Shown here: piece by piece, positions 40,342 to 51,530 of the stretch
Layout: each line of letters begins with the position of its first letter
Position numbering within the stretch: position 1 is the stretch's first letter
Virus record (IMG/VR): IMGVR_UViG_3300020048_000011
Strand: one strand, 5' to 3'
DNA: 64,000 nt
Source: a virus
The notes under the pieces: generated by a model
Told to the model about the DNA's origin: nothing
Seen by the model: the letters and a program-made list of their open reading frames with translations, nothing else
Database searches by the model: none
Position numbers and translations under genes: made by a program

Positions 40342-42231
40342 ATGGCTATTAATCCAGGTACTACTAGTACACTATATGGCGCGCAGCCCCAACCACAACC
40401 AGGCATCGCCCAGCCCCAGCAACCACAACAGCCCCAACAGCCGCCAAGACGCACAATGTCTTTTATGCGCATGGGTGCAATGGGTGGTCTATCCCGCACT
40501 CCTACATCAGAAGCATTGTTGAAGGCAATCACAGTGCTAGGTGAAGAAAGCAAGAAACTTACCCAGAAACCATGGGAGGTATCTTTGATTGCTGTGGATA
40601 ATACTAAAGAAACAATGCTTGCATTCAGCGGCATTATTTTTGCGGTGCGCCGGCTTGACGATCCGGCACGTGGTGTGGCTTACCATACACTCATTCTTGA
40701 GGATTCTGGTGAACCAATTGTAGCGCGTATGGACAACTTCAACAATCGCCAGTTTGAAGTACAACGTTTGGCTAGTGATGCTAATGATACCATCTACTAT
40801 AGTACTGTGGCCAATATCATGGAGAAAGCATATCCAAACACACCAATTACACCAGTAAGTGCCGAAGTGGTTCCACGTGGATTCAATTGGGACGACAAAG
40901 ATACTGTATTGGCACTAGTGCGCAATGCCCAACTTCCAGGTTGCACTGTTCTAGAAACAATGGATCCAGCGTTCATGAATATGGACATTACAGCAATTGA
41001 TCGTGATTCCACATTGAATGTACGTATTGCGTTCAATGAGCCACAACGTATCGATTATTGCGGTTTGCCAGTCAGAAACGATATTGCAATTACTTTATCG
41101 GCCTCATCAATTAAACAGACACAACAAGCTCAACAACTCAGCAATGTCAACACTCAAGATCGCACAGTAGTGATCTCTACTATCGGTGGTTATATCGACC
41201 CAGTGTTTGCTCCAGATACAACTAACATGTACATGGGCTATCCTGGCCAACAAAGAACACCGGCGTTCGCAGCTAACTTTATCATGACAGGCATGGAAAA
41301 CCTGAAGGCTACTACAATTGCATCACAATTGTTGGCGCTTGTTACAGTTACTTCTTTACGGGAAAATAATAACTGGTATCCTTATTACTCGCCACGTCCT
41401 ATAATTAAACAGGGTGGTCAGAACAAAACTGACCTACGTGACATCGGCGTCATTAACATCGAAGGTAACTGCGTAAGCGGTATCCAAGGTGGTTTTGATA
41501 ATTACATTGATACTAAGCTAGGCTCATTCACTGCAGCTGACCTTGGTCAACTCCTACAACGTGCATTCCGTCCAGGTATGCATTTCTCGCTAAGGGTTTC
41601 TGAATGTGGTGCAGACACATGGTACAATGCAGCTTTCTTGGCAGCATCATCAGGTGAAGTAAACGCGATAAATGCTATCCTAACAGAAGCAAACTTCTTA
41701 ACAGGTGGTATCTTCAGTCAGTTCTATGGTACTAATGAATCACCAGTATTGCTTAATAATAACCGTGTGCATCTTGGCTATTACATTAATGAAGATGGTG
41801 TCAAACGCGACATCAGTGACATTGACTACGTAGCTATTATGAACCTAGTTGGCAAGAACGATCCAACTACTGGTGCTCGTTGGGCAAATACATTCTTGAA
41901 ATACGATGAACCATTGGTTTCACGGATGAGCGATCGTAAGAAGATGATCGAGCAAGTGCTTATGAGTGAAATTACATATACTGGATTTGGTCGCATTGTG
42001 ACATTTACCAGTAAATTCATTGACGCATTGTCAAAATCGTGTGCAAAAGCAGGATTAGATATGCGTACTATCAACCCATCCATCACCGGTGACTACTTCT
42101 CACAACGTGCACAAGCCGATTACCTCGGCCAAGTACAAGTGATGCCTGGTCCAACCGGATTGTTCAATCAAGGTTATAACACTTATAATAACTTTGCTGG
42201 ACCTAATCTATTTGTAGGACGTACATTCTGA
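40342..42231 (+). CDS. chmA: chimallin, major nuclear shell protein (phiKZ gp54-like)
   Basis: 629 aa, directly upstream of the nvRNAP beta-prime gene. Disordered Q/P-rich N-terminus, low-complexity C-tail, and CATATATTAC promoter core at 40270. Confidence 0.75.
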   Translation: MAINPGTTSTLYGAQPQPQPGIAQPQQPQQPQQPPRRTMSFMRMGAMGGLSRTPTSEALLKAITVLGEESKKLTQKPWEVSLIAVDNTKETMLAFSGIIFAVRRLDDPARGVAYHTLILEDSGEPIVARMDNFNNRQFEVQRLASDANDTIYYSTVANIMEKAYPNTPITPVSAEVVPRGFNWDDKDTVLALVRNAQLPGCTVLETMDPAFMNMDITAIDRDSTLNVRIAFNEPQRIDYCGLPVRNDIAITLSASSIKQTQQAQQLSNVNTQDRTVVISTIGGYIDPVFAPDTTNMYMGYPGQQRTPAFAANFIMTGMENLKATTIASQLLALVTVTSLRENNNWYPYYSPRPIIKQGGQNKTDLRDIGVINIEGNCVSGIQGGFDNYIDTKLGSFTAADLGQLLQRAFRPGMHFSLRVSECGADTWYNAAFLAASSGEVNAINAILTEANFLTGGIFSQFYGTNESPVLLNNNRVHLGYYINEDGVKRDISDIDYVAIMNLVGKNDPTTGARWANTFLKYDEPLVSRMSDRKKMIEQVLMSEITYTGFGRIVTFTSKFIDALSKSCAKAGLDMRTINPSITGDYFSQRAQADYLGQVQVMPGPTGLFNQGYNTYNNFAGPNLFVGRTF

Positions 42232-42329
42232 TATAAAAGATAAGTAGTGCAGAAGCTTTATTGGGTGTTGCTCACGCAACATCCAATTTTGCCCCATTTT
42301 CATTTTTAATTTATAGAAGGATATTTATT

Positions 42330-45300
42330 ATGGGTACATTCTTATACTTACAAAATCATGACGATGTTTTCAATAGATCCACAATTGCTCCTATCATAGT
42401 TAATGACATTAGTACAGCTACTATTGAGCAAAAAGAATATTTGGACAATTTGATTACTACTAGATATGAAGGTGATTTATTATGCAATGAACCGTCCTGT
42501 GAGTGCGGGGAGCTTAAAGGTGGTTACAATCTAAACACAGTGTGTCGAAACTGTAAGACACCTGTAAAAGAGATATTTGATCAGGAGTTACAGACATTAG
42601 TCTGGATGCGATCACCACATGGCGTAGAAAAGCTGATAAACCCAATGGTGTTATTACAACTTTCATCTCATTTTACAAAAGGTGGGTTTAATATCATTGA
42701 GTGGTTATGCAATACTGACTATCATCCAGCTATTGTTAGGCCACGTGAATTAGAAGAGTTAGCAGTACAGGGTGTAGTGCGTGGATATAATAACTTTGTA
42801 AAGAACTTCGATGCTTACCTTAATATTCTTTTCACATTGAAGCAGTTCAAACCAAAGGAACCAGCTGCACAGGAATTGATTGAGCATTTAAAGCAAAATA
42901 GAGCTAATGTGTTTAGTTGGCATTTACCATTGCCAAATAAATCACTTATGGTAATTGAGAATACACCGGTAGGTGTATTTATAGACCCAATCATTATTGG
43001 TGCAGTGGATGCAGTTAGGACTATTAGCGGTATAGATACCACATTAACTAATGTTACACCTAAACAGAAGGAAAACCGTACAGCTAAGACATTATTCATA
43101 ATGTCTACCTTCTGTATGAATGTGTATGATCAGATTTTGTCAAGTAAGAATGGCTTGTTTAGAAAGCATGTGTTTGGTAGCAGGAATTACTTTTCGGCTA
43201 GGGCTGTTATCTCTTCCAATACTAAAGCGCATAAATACGATGAACTCCATATCTCTTGGGGTGTTGGTATCACTATGTTGCGGATGCATTTGACAAACAA
43301 ACTACTCAAACTAAAGTGGTCTCCAAATGATGCTACTGCATTGCTGCAGGAGTCAACATACAAATACCATCCATTAGTGGATCAGTTATTTCGTGAACTA
43401 ATAGATAGTAGTCCGGATAAGGGCATATATGTGACCTGGGGACGTAACCCCTCACTCACACGCGGATAAACAATACTTCATTAATTAGCGCGGGTGGCCG
43501 ATAAAATAATAAGTAAATGTCCCTTTTATAAGTAATTATAGAAGATAATCCATTTAACTGCTAGAAACCCCTTAGAGCTGAATCACTACTGCGAGACGAA
43601 AGTCAAAGCCATAGTTTAAAAACGATTCGGATTGGGCAACTAAGCAACTAAGCTCCTAAGTTTGCATTTAATGATCGTGAATGTGTTTATACATATGTAT
43701 AAACTAACAAAAGTAACGATCATGAAGAAAACACACATTGAAAACTATTACGCCACAGAAGACGGTAATATATACTCCGATAAAACTGGTACATTAAAAC
43801 CCATGTCTATTCATACTAGAAAAAATGGGTACCAAACTGTAAAAGTTGCCGGTTGTAGTTTAGTACATCGTCTTGTTGCAAGCGCTTTTATTGGGGAAAT
43901 AACTGGACTCACGATCAATCACAAAGACGGGAATCCAACAAATAACCATATTAGCAATTTGGAAATAGTTACAATGAAAGAAAATATCCAACATGCTTGG
44001 AATACTGGCCTATCTAAAAAAGGAGAGGGGCATAGTAGGGCTAAATTCACAGATATAGAAATATCTGAAGCTTTGGAAACCATAGCTTCAGGTGAAACTA
44101 TATCTGCTGCTGCAATTAAGCATGGGATTTCTAGAACATATCTTAACAATGTAAAAAATGGAAGATATCGTTCATAGTGTTGCAAATATGCGAGAAAGCT
44201 CAACGATCAGAGGCGGCGGCCTCGTAGCCATCAAGTGATGTGTGAAACGGTGGACATCCGAACAGGTAACGCTGTGGATGAAGACATGATCTACTATCCT
44301 TTGGAAACTTAGGGATGTTCCTGCCTAACAGGCACAGAGAACTGCATGTATTAACGACACATGTGAATGTAAGGCAAGTCAACGTATGAAAATCACGAAG
44401 GTAAAGACAGATGTGGATGACCAAACAATCACGACACCGATATTGACCGTTAAACAATTTAACGCTATTGTGATATAATTTAATGATTGTATATTGAATT
44501 ATATCTATCTTTGGCCACTATGACAGTAATGTCATATGTGAATTCCATTGAATTGCTGGAAACACTCGTAAGACTAATGAGCCAAAGCAGATAGCGAAAG
44601 CTAAAATGTGATAAATTCAGGCTTGAAAATCATTAGGTAGAGTCAATCAGCAGCCAAGCTCCTTTAAAATGGAGAAGGTTCAACGACTATCCAGGATTGG
44701 AGTAGGGGTTAGTAATCCCGAAGCAGTGGACACTCTAGAGATAGGGTGAAGATATAGTCTAGTCTATATGGAGACATATAGCAGCGCAGCCACTCGTGAG
44801 AGTCGCTGTGGCGGGTAGAGCTTAACGAACTCTATTGAATATAACGGATTTTGACGGAGATCAATAGGTCTCACTTATTAGCAATAATAAGAATAAATAA
44901 CTTCTCTAATTGCTGGGAACTCCCGTTAAATGTGTACACTACAGCTACCGCGAAAGCAGGTAGTCACAGTTTGAAAAGTATACAGTAGGGACAATCAGCA
45001 GCTAAGATCCTAAGGTAGTGAAATCACATATTACTACTATGGATAAAGTTCAACGACTAGGCGTAAGCCGTAGGAGCTAGTAGCTCTGAAATGGGAAGCT
45101 ACCTAGTAATAGGTAGAAGATATAGTCTGCCCTTATATGAGAATATAAGCTGGTACAACATACCGGCTTTCAGTAACGATGAAAGTGGACATATGGCAAA
45201 TGAATTTAATCCTAGCTTTGGATAATGTGACCAGTGGTGAGCTAGAAACTTTGGCACCACATAAAAACATGTATGACCTAAACGAGCCACGCACTTTGTC

Positions 45301-45421
45301 AAAAGCAGCATCTTTACCAAAGACAGTGGTATCCACCATGAGTTCTTGGTTGAACTATGAAAAAGCACCATCAGGTGATCCAGCTAAAAGACAATTTTTA
45401 GAAATGTTAGCTAATACATAA
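42330..45421 (+). CDS. nvRNAP beta-prime N-terminal subunit (phiKZ gp55-gp56.1-like); exons 42330-43467, 44375-44466, 44847-44861, 45197-45421
   Basis: The spliced frame is 1470 nt (489 aa). It reads RNPSLTRG-SSQRM...FNA-DFDGD-QMNL and restores the NADFDGD active site. Zn-finger CECG...CRNC near the N-terminus. Confidence 0.88.
43468..44374 (+). mobile_element. group I intron 1 carrying an HNH endonuclease
   Basis: Exon ends in U and intron ends in G. P AACTGCTAGAAA, R CTCAACGATCA, S AAGACATGATCT; P9.2 with TTAACGA loop. Confidence 0.85.
43722..44177 (+). CDS. intron-encoded HNH homing endonuclease (NUMOD4-like, HNH, HTH)
   Basis: VHRLVA.AF...INHKDGNPTNN..SNLE......N..HA; C-terminal HTH-like segment. 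Confidence 0.9.
   Translation: MKKTHIENYYATEDGNIYSDKTGTLKPMSIHTRKNGYQTVKVAGCSLVHRLVASAFIGEITGLTINHKDGNPTNNHISNLEIVTMKENIQHAWNTGLSKKGEGHSRAKFTDIEISEALETIASGETISAAAIKHGISRTYLNNVKNGRYRS
44467..44846 (+). mobile_element. group I intron 2 (no ORF), inserted at NA|DFDGD
   Basis: P AATTGCTGGAAA, Q AATCAGCAG, R TTCAACGACTA, S AAGATATAGTCT; ends ...GAATATAACG. Confidence 0.88.
44847..44861 (+). other. 15-nt micro-exon encoding DFDGD
   Basis: GATTTTGACGGAGAT between two group I cores. P1 GAGAU pairs with GUCUC, giving a U-G wobble at the 5' splice site of intron 3. Confidence 0.85.
44862..45196 (+). mobile_element. group I intron 3 (no ORF), inserted at DFDGD|Q
   Basis: P AATTGCTGGGAA, Q AATCAGCAG, R TTCAACGACTA, S AAGATATAGTCT; ends in G before CAA ATG AAT. 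Confidence 0.88.
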
Positions 45422-45431
45422 GGAGAGTGAA

Positions 45432-46052
45432 ATGAATTATGCGTTCCCCATGAACGGGTATGGAGCAGATAGTGAATTTGATGCTATTTGCTATGGGCAG
45501 CATCATCCATCAACTATTAACTTTCTTAGAGATCAATTCAATACAGTTAGATCCACATTGACAGAGCCAGCTAGACTCTTTATGGAGAAAGGCAGGGAGA
45601 TGTTTGAGCATTTTAATGGAACTGAAGCAATGAGGTTCGCAAGGGATGTCGTCAATAGAGTAAAAGGTGTTACTTCCATCAATATTGATAATGTAAAACC
45701 ACTAATCACTTTAGCAGAATTGCAGAGCGCTGGTTTAGTTATGCAGCGCTGGGTAATGGCTAATCCTAATGTGAGGGAAAGATATCATAACCAACAACTA
45801 GATGGCTATTTTGGTTCATATATCGATATGTCACCACAGGACATTGGTGTAGATCATTACGACTATAGGAGAGTAATGGATGGTGTTGTTCAAATTACAG
45901 ATAATGCTTGGAAGATAGTACAATATCATGACCAGTTAGTTGAAGGTGACCGTGATCTGATGATAGAGGAGAAAAGTGATATCATACATACATGGAGCGC
46001 TTTAGATTATCTGCTTGCATTAAATGAAGACCCTACCAATCCTAATGGATAG
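45432..46052 (+). CDS. conserved phiKZ-like hypothetical protein
   Basis: RBS aggag; synteny after the beta-prime gene. Confidence 0.65.
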   Translation: MNYAFPMNGYGADSEFDAICYGQHHPSTINFLRDQFNTVRSTLTEPARLFMEKGREMFEHFNGTEAMRFARDVVNRVKGVTSINIDNVKPLITLAELQSAGLVMQRWVMANPNVRERYHNQQLDGYFGSYIDMSPQDIGVDHYDYRRVMDGVVQITDNAWKIVQYHDQLVEGDRDLMIEEKSDIIHTWSALDYLLALNEDPTNPNG

Positions 46053-46129
46053 TAGGTTATAGCCAACATATGGCACCTACTGCACTTAATAGTGCAGTAG
46101 GTGCCAATTCTATTTAAGGATATTTTAAA

Positions 46130-46543
46130 ATGTCAAGTGCAGTACCTGTACCAACACTCAGCACACACGGATATGTCTCAGATGCCGTTACTAAGTTTGA
46201 TTTTTTAATTAGCCATTTTTATTTGTCTGATTACAACCAAACATATCTGTACCTAGGTAATGTGTCTAGTCTACCTAGAATAATCGAGAAGAACAGTGCT
46301 AATACTAATAGTAATAGTATACTATCGGAATTACGATCCACACTGGAGACTTACCTGTCAAGGTATTATGATGCCGTAAATGTCAGTGCCATTATACGCG
46401 ATGTTAAAGAAGCCACTAGTGGCATTACGATTGATATCAGCATTAGTATAACAGATGAAGGTACTAAGTATTCTTTCACTAGGCTACTTGAGTCAGTTAA
46501 TGGTAGAGTGCAGACAGTAGCCAAAATTAATAACTACGGTTAA
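46130..46543 (+). CDS. conserved phiKZ-like hypothetical protein
   Basis: 137-aa ORF with RBS aagga. Confidence 0.65.
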   Translation: MSSAVPVPTLSTHGYVSDAVTKFDFLISHFYLSDYNQTYLYLGNVSSLPRIIEKNSANTNSNSILSELRSTLETYLSRYYDAVNVSAIIRDVKEATSGITIDISISITDEGTKYSFTRLLESVNGRVQTVAKINNYG

Positions 46544-46570
46544 TGTAATGTATTTTACAGGAGATAGATT

Positions 46571-47125
46571 ATGACGAATGAAAGTAACCCCATTAGAGAG
46601 ATACAGGCTCGTCAGTTCGATGCAAGGTTAAAACAACTGAAGGAAGGGTTTGCATCTATAGAGAAAGCAAATGTTCGCACTATGCCAGAGAATATATTTG
46701 TGGCATATTTTCTTCCGTTCTTTTGTGGTGAGAGTACGGATAACATGGATGCGATATTAGCTAATTGGTACACTATAGCAGGTACCAACTACAGTCCGAT
46801 AAACATCGTGGACAAGAATGGTGACTTTGTAATACAGGTGCCACCTTTACATGATAGAAATGTATTCAAACCCATTTTGAATAGAACTGAGGATATGGCT
46901 TATGCAATGAATCTAGCTAAACAAAAAGCTAGCCTTAGCCAGAACCTGGCAAACGCCATTGTAAATGAAGAGCTGGGCATGAGATACGGGCAACTGACAG
47001 ATGATGCCGATAAGCTTACAAGTGTACAAGAACAATGGAACTTGTTATTTAAGCATTATGGTAAACTTCCAAAGGAAGCATCGGTATCAATGAAGGATGA
47101 CATCGGCGATGAGTTTGAATACTAA
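46571..47125 (+). CDS. conserved phiKZ-like hypothetical protein
   Basis: 184-aa ORF with RBS ggag. Confidence 0.65.
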   Translation: MTNESNPIREIQARQFDARLKQLKEGFASIEKANVRTMPENIFVAYFLPFFCGESTDNMDAILANWYTIAGTNYSPINIVDKNGDFVIQVPPLHDRNVFKPILNRTEDMAYAMNLAKQKASLSQNLANAIVNEELGMRYGQLTDDADKLTSVQEQWNLLFKHYGKLPKEASVSMKDDIGDEFEY

Positions 47126-48248
47126 GCCACTTAGGATATCGTGCTTGGGTGATATTCATTTAGGTCACAAAAGAAACAATACGGCATTCATAATAGATAA
47201 CCTAAATAGACATTTCTCTAATGATACACACCTATCTAAGATAGATATTGTGTTTATTGAAGGCGATGTGTTTGATGACTTGTTATCCTTCCCAAGCGAA
47301 GATGCTGGACTAATTGATATATGGATATCTAGACTCCTTAGACTATGCAGTAAACATAATGTAATAGTTAGAGTACTAGAAGGCACACCTAGTCACGATA
47401 GACAGCAGTCTGATAGATTCAGGATTATAAACGAAATACATAGTACTGATATACCACTGAGTGCTGACATGAAGTATATCAAAACATTGTGTATAGAACA
47501 CATAGACAAATATAACATAGATGTGTTATATGTGCCTGATGAGTGGAATCACGAGACGAATGATACACTTAACGATGTCAAGGAGCTAATGACCGGACTG
47601 AATCTGTCTTTTGTAGATTTTGCTGTAGTGCATGGGTGTTTCGATTATCAAATGGGCGATGTAATCAAGAGTAATCTCAAGCACAACAGTGACGAATATC
47701 TTAGTCTTGTCAAGGGTCTTATATTCGTAGGACATATTCATCAGTGCTCAAGTCATAGTAGGATTCATGCAGCTGGATCATTTGATAGACTAGCGCATGG
47801 TGAAGAGGAATCTAAAGGATTCCTTACAGCTATTGTTAATCCAGATTACAGTTATGAGATGACTTTTGTAGATAACTATACTGCTAGGAAGTTTATCACC
47901 ATCAAATGTCCATATGAAGACACTGAATTGAATCTCAAGAGGATTGATAAAAAGACCAGAGGTTTACCACCAGGTTCGTATATTAGGATAGAATCAAAAC
48001 ACACTAATGCCATCGTGCATAATCTGGATACACTTAAAAGAAGATGGCCATTATATCATTGGAGTATATTACTTAAGGATAAAGATACTGGAACCAGTAT
48101 TGATGTATTCTCTGAGATAATAGATTATGTACCAATGATATTAAATAAAGAGACGCTTACACCAATGGTGGTGAGTAGAATACAAAAGCTAAACGTAAGG
48201 CCAGATATACTGGATAGATGTTTATTACATTTGGAGGAGTTAACATGA
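47097..48248 (+). CDS. SbcD/Mre11-like metallophosphoesterase nuclease
   Basis: GDIHLG, GDVFD, GTPSHD, VHG and GHIH motifs. Confidence 0.85.
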   Translation: MTSAMSLNTKPLRISCLGDIHLGHKRNNTAFIIDNLNRHFSNDTHLSKIDIVFIEGDVFDDLLSFPSEDAGLIDIWISRLLRLCSKHNVIVRVLEGTPSHDRQQSDRFRIINEIHSTDIPLSADMKYIKTLCIEHIDKYNIDVLYVPDEWNHETNDTLNDVKELMTGLNLSFVDFAVVHGCFDYQMGDVIKSNLKHNSDEYLSLVKGLIFVGHIHQCSSHSRIHAAGSFDRLAHGEEESKGFLTAIVNPDYSYEMTFVDNYTARKFITIKCPYEDTELNLKRIDKKTRGLPPGSYIRIESKHTNAIVHNLDTLKRRWPLYHWSILLKDKDTGTSIDVFSEIIDYVPMILNKETLTPMVVSRIQKLNVRPDILDRCLLHLEELT

Positions 48249-49111
48249 GTATTAGTGCATCAGCAATTGCAAGCAGGACTATGTCAGCATATCCTGTATC
48301 TATAGGTACATCACTAGCATTAGAGTCGCTTGGTGATGGACCTAATCCACCGTATGACCCAGAGAGGGAAATTCCAGATAGAATAGATCTTACGTACTAT
48401 GACGAGGTATGGCTGAATCTGCATTGTCTATTCAGAAACATCATGGGTTCATTAGATCCAGTTGGTGCTAACTCTGTATTACCTGGTGATTTAGCCGATA
48501 CATTAGAGTTCGAGGTTGATCTTATCCGTAAGTTAGTGAATGAATCTACATATGGTAAAACTAATACAATCGTTTATGCATCTGATTATGCTGGACTGGA
48601 AAGAAAATACCCGCATGCTAGGTTAAGAAAGGGCACCACTGACAAACAACGCATATATACAGCACTACTAGTTAATACACTAAATGTGTATTTAAAAGGC
48701 CAAGTGAAATCAAATTCACTATTACATTTTCATCTGGAGATAAAACCTAAGAAAACATCTAAAGCACTAATACTTACAAATTACGCAATTGACTTACTCA
48801 ACCATCATAGATTTAAAGAGTTAAATCTACTCGAGTCGCACACTGGTGTGTTAAAGTCGCTATCTGCCTTTAACACAAAGTACACTGGCGGGAAGGATCT
48901 TATACGGATACCATTTAATGCTGCGATGCTTCAAGTTTTTGGTGATAGTACTACATTTCATCAATGGCCAAAGGCTACACGATTAGAAGTGTTGGAGCTA
49001 GCAGACAAATATGAATGGAATGCACTAACTACAAATGACCGACTGAAATACTCTATTAGTAACATGAGTGATGGTTATGCTGCAAAATTACTGCTTAATA
49101 TGTTACACTAA
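48245..49111 (+). CDS. conserved phiKZ-like protein, possibly 5'-nuclease-like fold
   Basis: RBS ggagga; synteny. Fold assignment is tentative. Confidence 0.45.
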   Translation: MSISASAIASRTMSAYPVSIGTSLALESLGDGPNPPYDPEREIPDRIDLTYYDEVWLNLHCLFRNIMGSLDPVGANSVLPGDLADTLEFEVDLIRKLVNESTYGKTNTIVYASDYAGLERKYPHARLRKGTTDKQRIYTALLVNTLNVYLKGQVKSNSLLHFHLEIKPKKTSKALILTNYAIDLLNHHRFKELNLLESHTGVLKSLSAFNTKYTGGKDLIRIPFNAAMLQVFGDSTTFHQWPKATRLEVLELADKYEWNALTTNDRLKYSISNMSDGYAAKLLLNMLH

Positions 49112-49181
49112 TCAAAAAATATCATCATGAACAATATTTTGTGGGAATCCACATTGACCAAAATTTTAAAAGGAAATTAAA

Positions 49182-49841
49182 GTGGCTGAAAAGAAAAATG
49201 CACTGGATAATTCAAAATTGACGTTATCCGCACTGTGTCCTACTGAAAAGAACAAATACTCTACACTCAAATGGGAAGTATTCCGTAACAATCCTAGAAT
49301 AGTCGTACGCACAAATGACACATCTCTAACCAACCAAGAAAACAATTGGGGCAAGATAGAAGCTGCTATGGATGCACCTGGTTTTTATGTCTTCCTTCAG
49401 TTTCTTAAAGACGCATATGAAGCATCTAGTGAAATAAAGAATAAGATTGAAAGCTATAACTACGAATACTCAAGTGGCCAAAGGAGCGAAGACATTCGCC
49501 ATATCGCAGACACCGTAATTGGTAAGGATAAAGAAGGCTGTATTTTTATTGCCGTAGTATCCAAGAAAGACAATTGGCCTGTTATCAAGTTTGTGTTCGG
49601 GCCAAGCGATAACAGATGGCTGAAATACTGTCATGGTGACGGTACGCCATACACAAAAGCGGAGATATCTGTAATCTATGCTAAAGTGTACTATAGATTA
49701 CTGAGCCACATCATCCCTCAGATTCTAGTTACAGAGTATGTGGAACCACCTCCATATGACGCTGGTAAGAGACAAAGTGGTTATAAGAGTAACTACCAAA
49801 AACAAGACTCAGACGTGGAGCTAACTGATTTGCCATTTTAA
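49182..49841 (+). CDS. conserved phiKZ-like protein (possible ssDNA-binding protein)
   Basis: GTG start with RBS aagga; acidic C-tail ending DLPF. Confidence 0.45.
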   Translation: MAEKKNALDNSKLTLSALCPTEKNKYSTLKWEVFRNNPRIVVRTNDTSLTNQENNWGKIEAAMDAPGFYVFLQFLKDAYEASSEIKNKIESYNYEYSSGQRSEDIRHIADTVIGKDKEGCIFIAVVSKKDNWPVIKFVFGPSDNRWLKYCHGDGTPYTKAEISVIYAKVYYRLLSHIIPQILVTEYVEPPPYDAGKRQSGYKSNYQKQDSDVELTDLPF

Positions 49842-49970
49842 ATAACATACGCCTATTGTGATTCGAGAAGCAGATTGCCCTCGAATCACAATAGTGATAT
49901 ATTCAAATTTTTATAATCATATATTATTAAGATGATATACAGTCTGTTGTTATAACTAAGAAAGGCGACT

Positions 49971-51506
49971 ATGAGGTTTGATTTAGATAAGGATAGCCCT
50001 AAGGCTGCTCAATTACAAATGGTGCTGAGCCATGACGATAAAAAGATTTATTGGAATATAGCAGCATTTGATAAAAAGACCTTCACTGAGCCTGAATATG
50101 ATGTATTCAAGCATATCAATGAATACTGGGCACGTATGGATAGTTATAAGCAAGAATTGATTTTCTTGACATATGACAAAATCAGAAGTACATTTGAGGA
50201 CGTATCAGATACATCGTCACTAATACAACATCTACATCCACTTATCCATGAATTACTTGAGGAGCATAAGCTAAATGATGTTAGCACATGGATGGCATTT
50301 CATTCAGACATCACATTCGGATATAAGCTAGATGATATTTATGTGGAATCTGATGAAAAACCAGGTAGTAGAGAGAAGACTTATCTAAAGTCCGATTATA
50401 TTTTACTATTGGCTATGACGATTGTACTAAGGACTATGATACCTGTATGGGGTGAGTTCATTTACAGGACAAAGAGGGAAACAGGGCCTGCATTCAAAGA
50501 ACTATATGCATTTCAATTACTATCACAGTCATACATGATGTATTCTCCGCCTATGGATAAACTAAGGGTATATGTGAATAACAATATCCTAGAGGATAAG
50601 CCATTATATTCGTCCATCATAAAGGGTGTGGGCAGTGAAGATTATCCAACATGGCTACTTAGTAAAGTGATAGTTTGTAAATTGTGTATCGGAGATGTAT
50701 CTGGGTCAAAGGATGCGTCATTGGTTACACTCATATGGAACTTCATTAATCATAAAGTGATTAACCCTAATACTGGGTCATTTGCTAGTATGATAAAAGG
50801 TAAGGAGTTTGAACCGCACGATTCTACTAATGAACACAATACATCCAGGTTAGAGGGTTATAAGATAAAAACGGAACTTCCGTTAGGTGATATAGTAATT
50901 CTAGAACACTACATGAACGACCCTGTAGCTGTGGCCCAAAAGCTAAAACCTGGCGTAAATGTTAATCTACTTATGCGTTTCTTAGAGATGTCTAATGTAT
51001 TACAGACAGAACAGATATGGAAACCGCAAGTAGCGTTGGCTCAGTATGTGATGAAGCCAGTTATATCGCCAAGAGGACTTATACATCTTAGCAAGAAACA
51101 AGTGATAACAGCAATAGCTATTACACAAACACTATTATGGGAAAGCAACCATAAGACGTTAGCGTGTTTAGCGAGTGCTATAGCCACTTATAACGAGCAT
51201 GGTGTTACTGCTGTTGGCATTGATTCACGCACTAGAATACCTAAGGAGCTTATGGATGAATTGAATATGTTATTCCCGTATAACAAAATCAATTCATTGA
51301 AAAGAAAGAGCAAAGCAGCAAACACGATAATAAGCGCCATCGATGAAGTTGCATCCTTATTCAGTCAGAGGGATTGGGTGCTAACTGTTGGCGATGAATT
51401 CATGGCAGAGGTAACTGATCGGGGCACCAATAGAAGACTCAGTTGTCCACATGATATAAAGGTTTTACTTACGAGACTGATAATCGAGTTAGTGAAAAGC
51501 AGGTAG
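49971..51506 (+). CDS. nvRNAP promoter-specificity subunit (phiKZ gp68-like)
   Basis: 511 aa; position three genes upstream of the beta gene. Assignment by synteny and size. Confidence 0.65.
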   Translation: MRFDLDKDSPKAAQLQMVLSHDDKKIYWNIAAFDKKTFTEPEYDVFKHINEYWARMDSYKQELIFLTYDKIRSTFEDVSDTSSLIQHLHPLIHELLEEHKLNDVSTWMAFHSDITFGYKLDDIYVESDEKPGSREKTYLKSDYILLLAMTIVLRTMIPVWGEFIYRTKRETGPAFKELYAFQLLSQSYMMYSPPMDKLRVYVNNNILEDKPLYSSIIKGVGSEDYPTWLLSKVIVCKLCIGDVSGSKDASLVTLIWNFINHKVINPNTGSFASMIKGKEFEPHDSTNEHNTSRLEGYKIKTELPLGDIVILEHYMNDPVAVAQKLKPGVNVNLLMRFLEMSNVLQTEQIWKPQVALAQYVMKPVISPRGLIHLSKKQVITAIAITQTLLWESNHKTLACLASAIATYNEHGVTAVGIDSRTRIPKELMDELNMLFPYNKINSLKRKSKAANTIISAIDEVASLFSQRDWVLTVGDEFMAEVTDRGTNRRLSCPHDIKVLLTRLIIELVKSR

Positions 51507-51530
51507 ACATTTTTAAAAAGGAAATGAAAT

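Noticed and set aside
45179-45196. ATG 45179 as start of an independent 80-aa gene
   Set aside because: It lies in the P9.2 region of intron 3. The downstream frame is exon 4 of the beta-prime gene.
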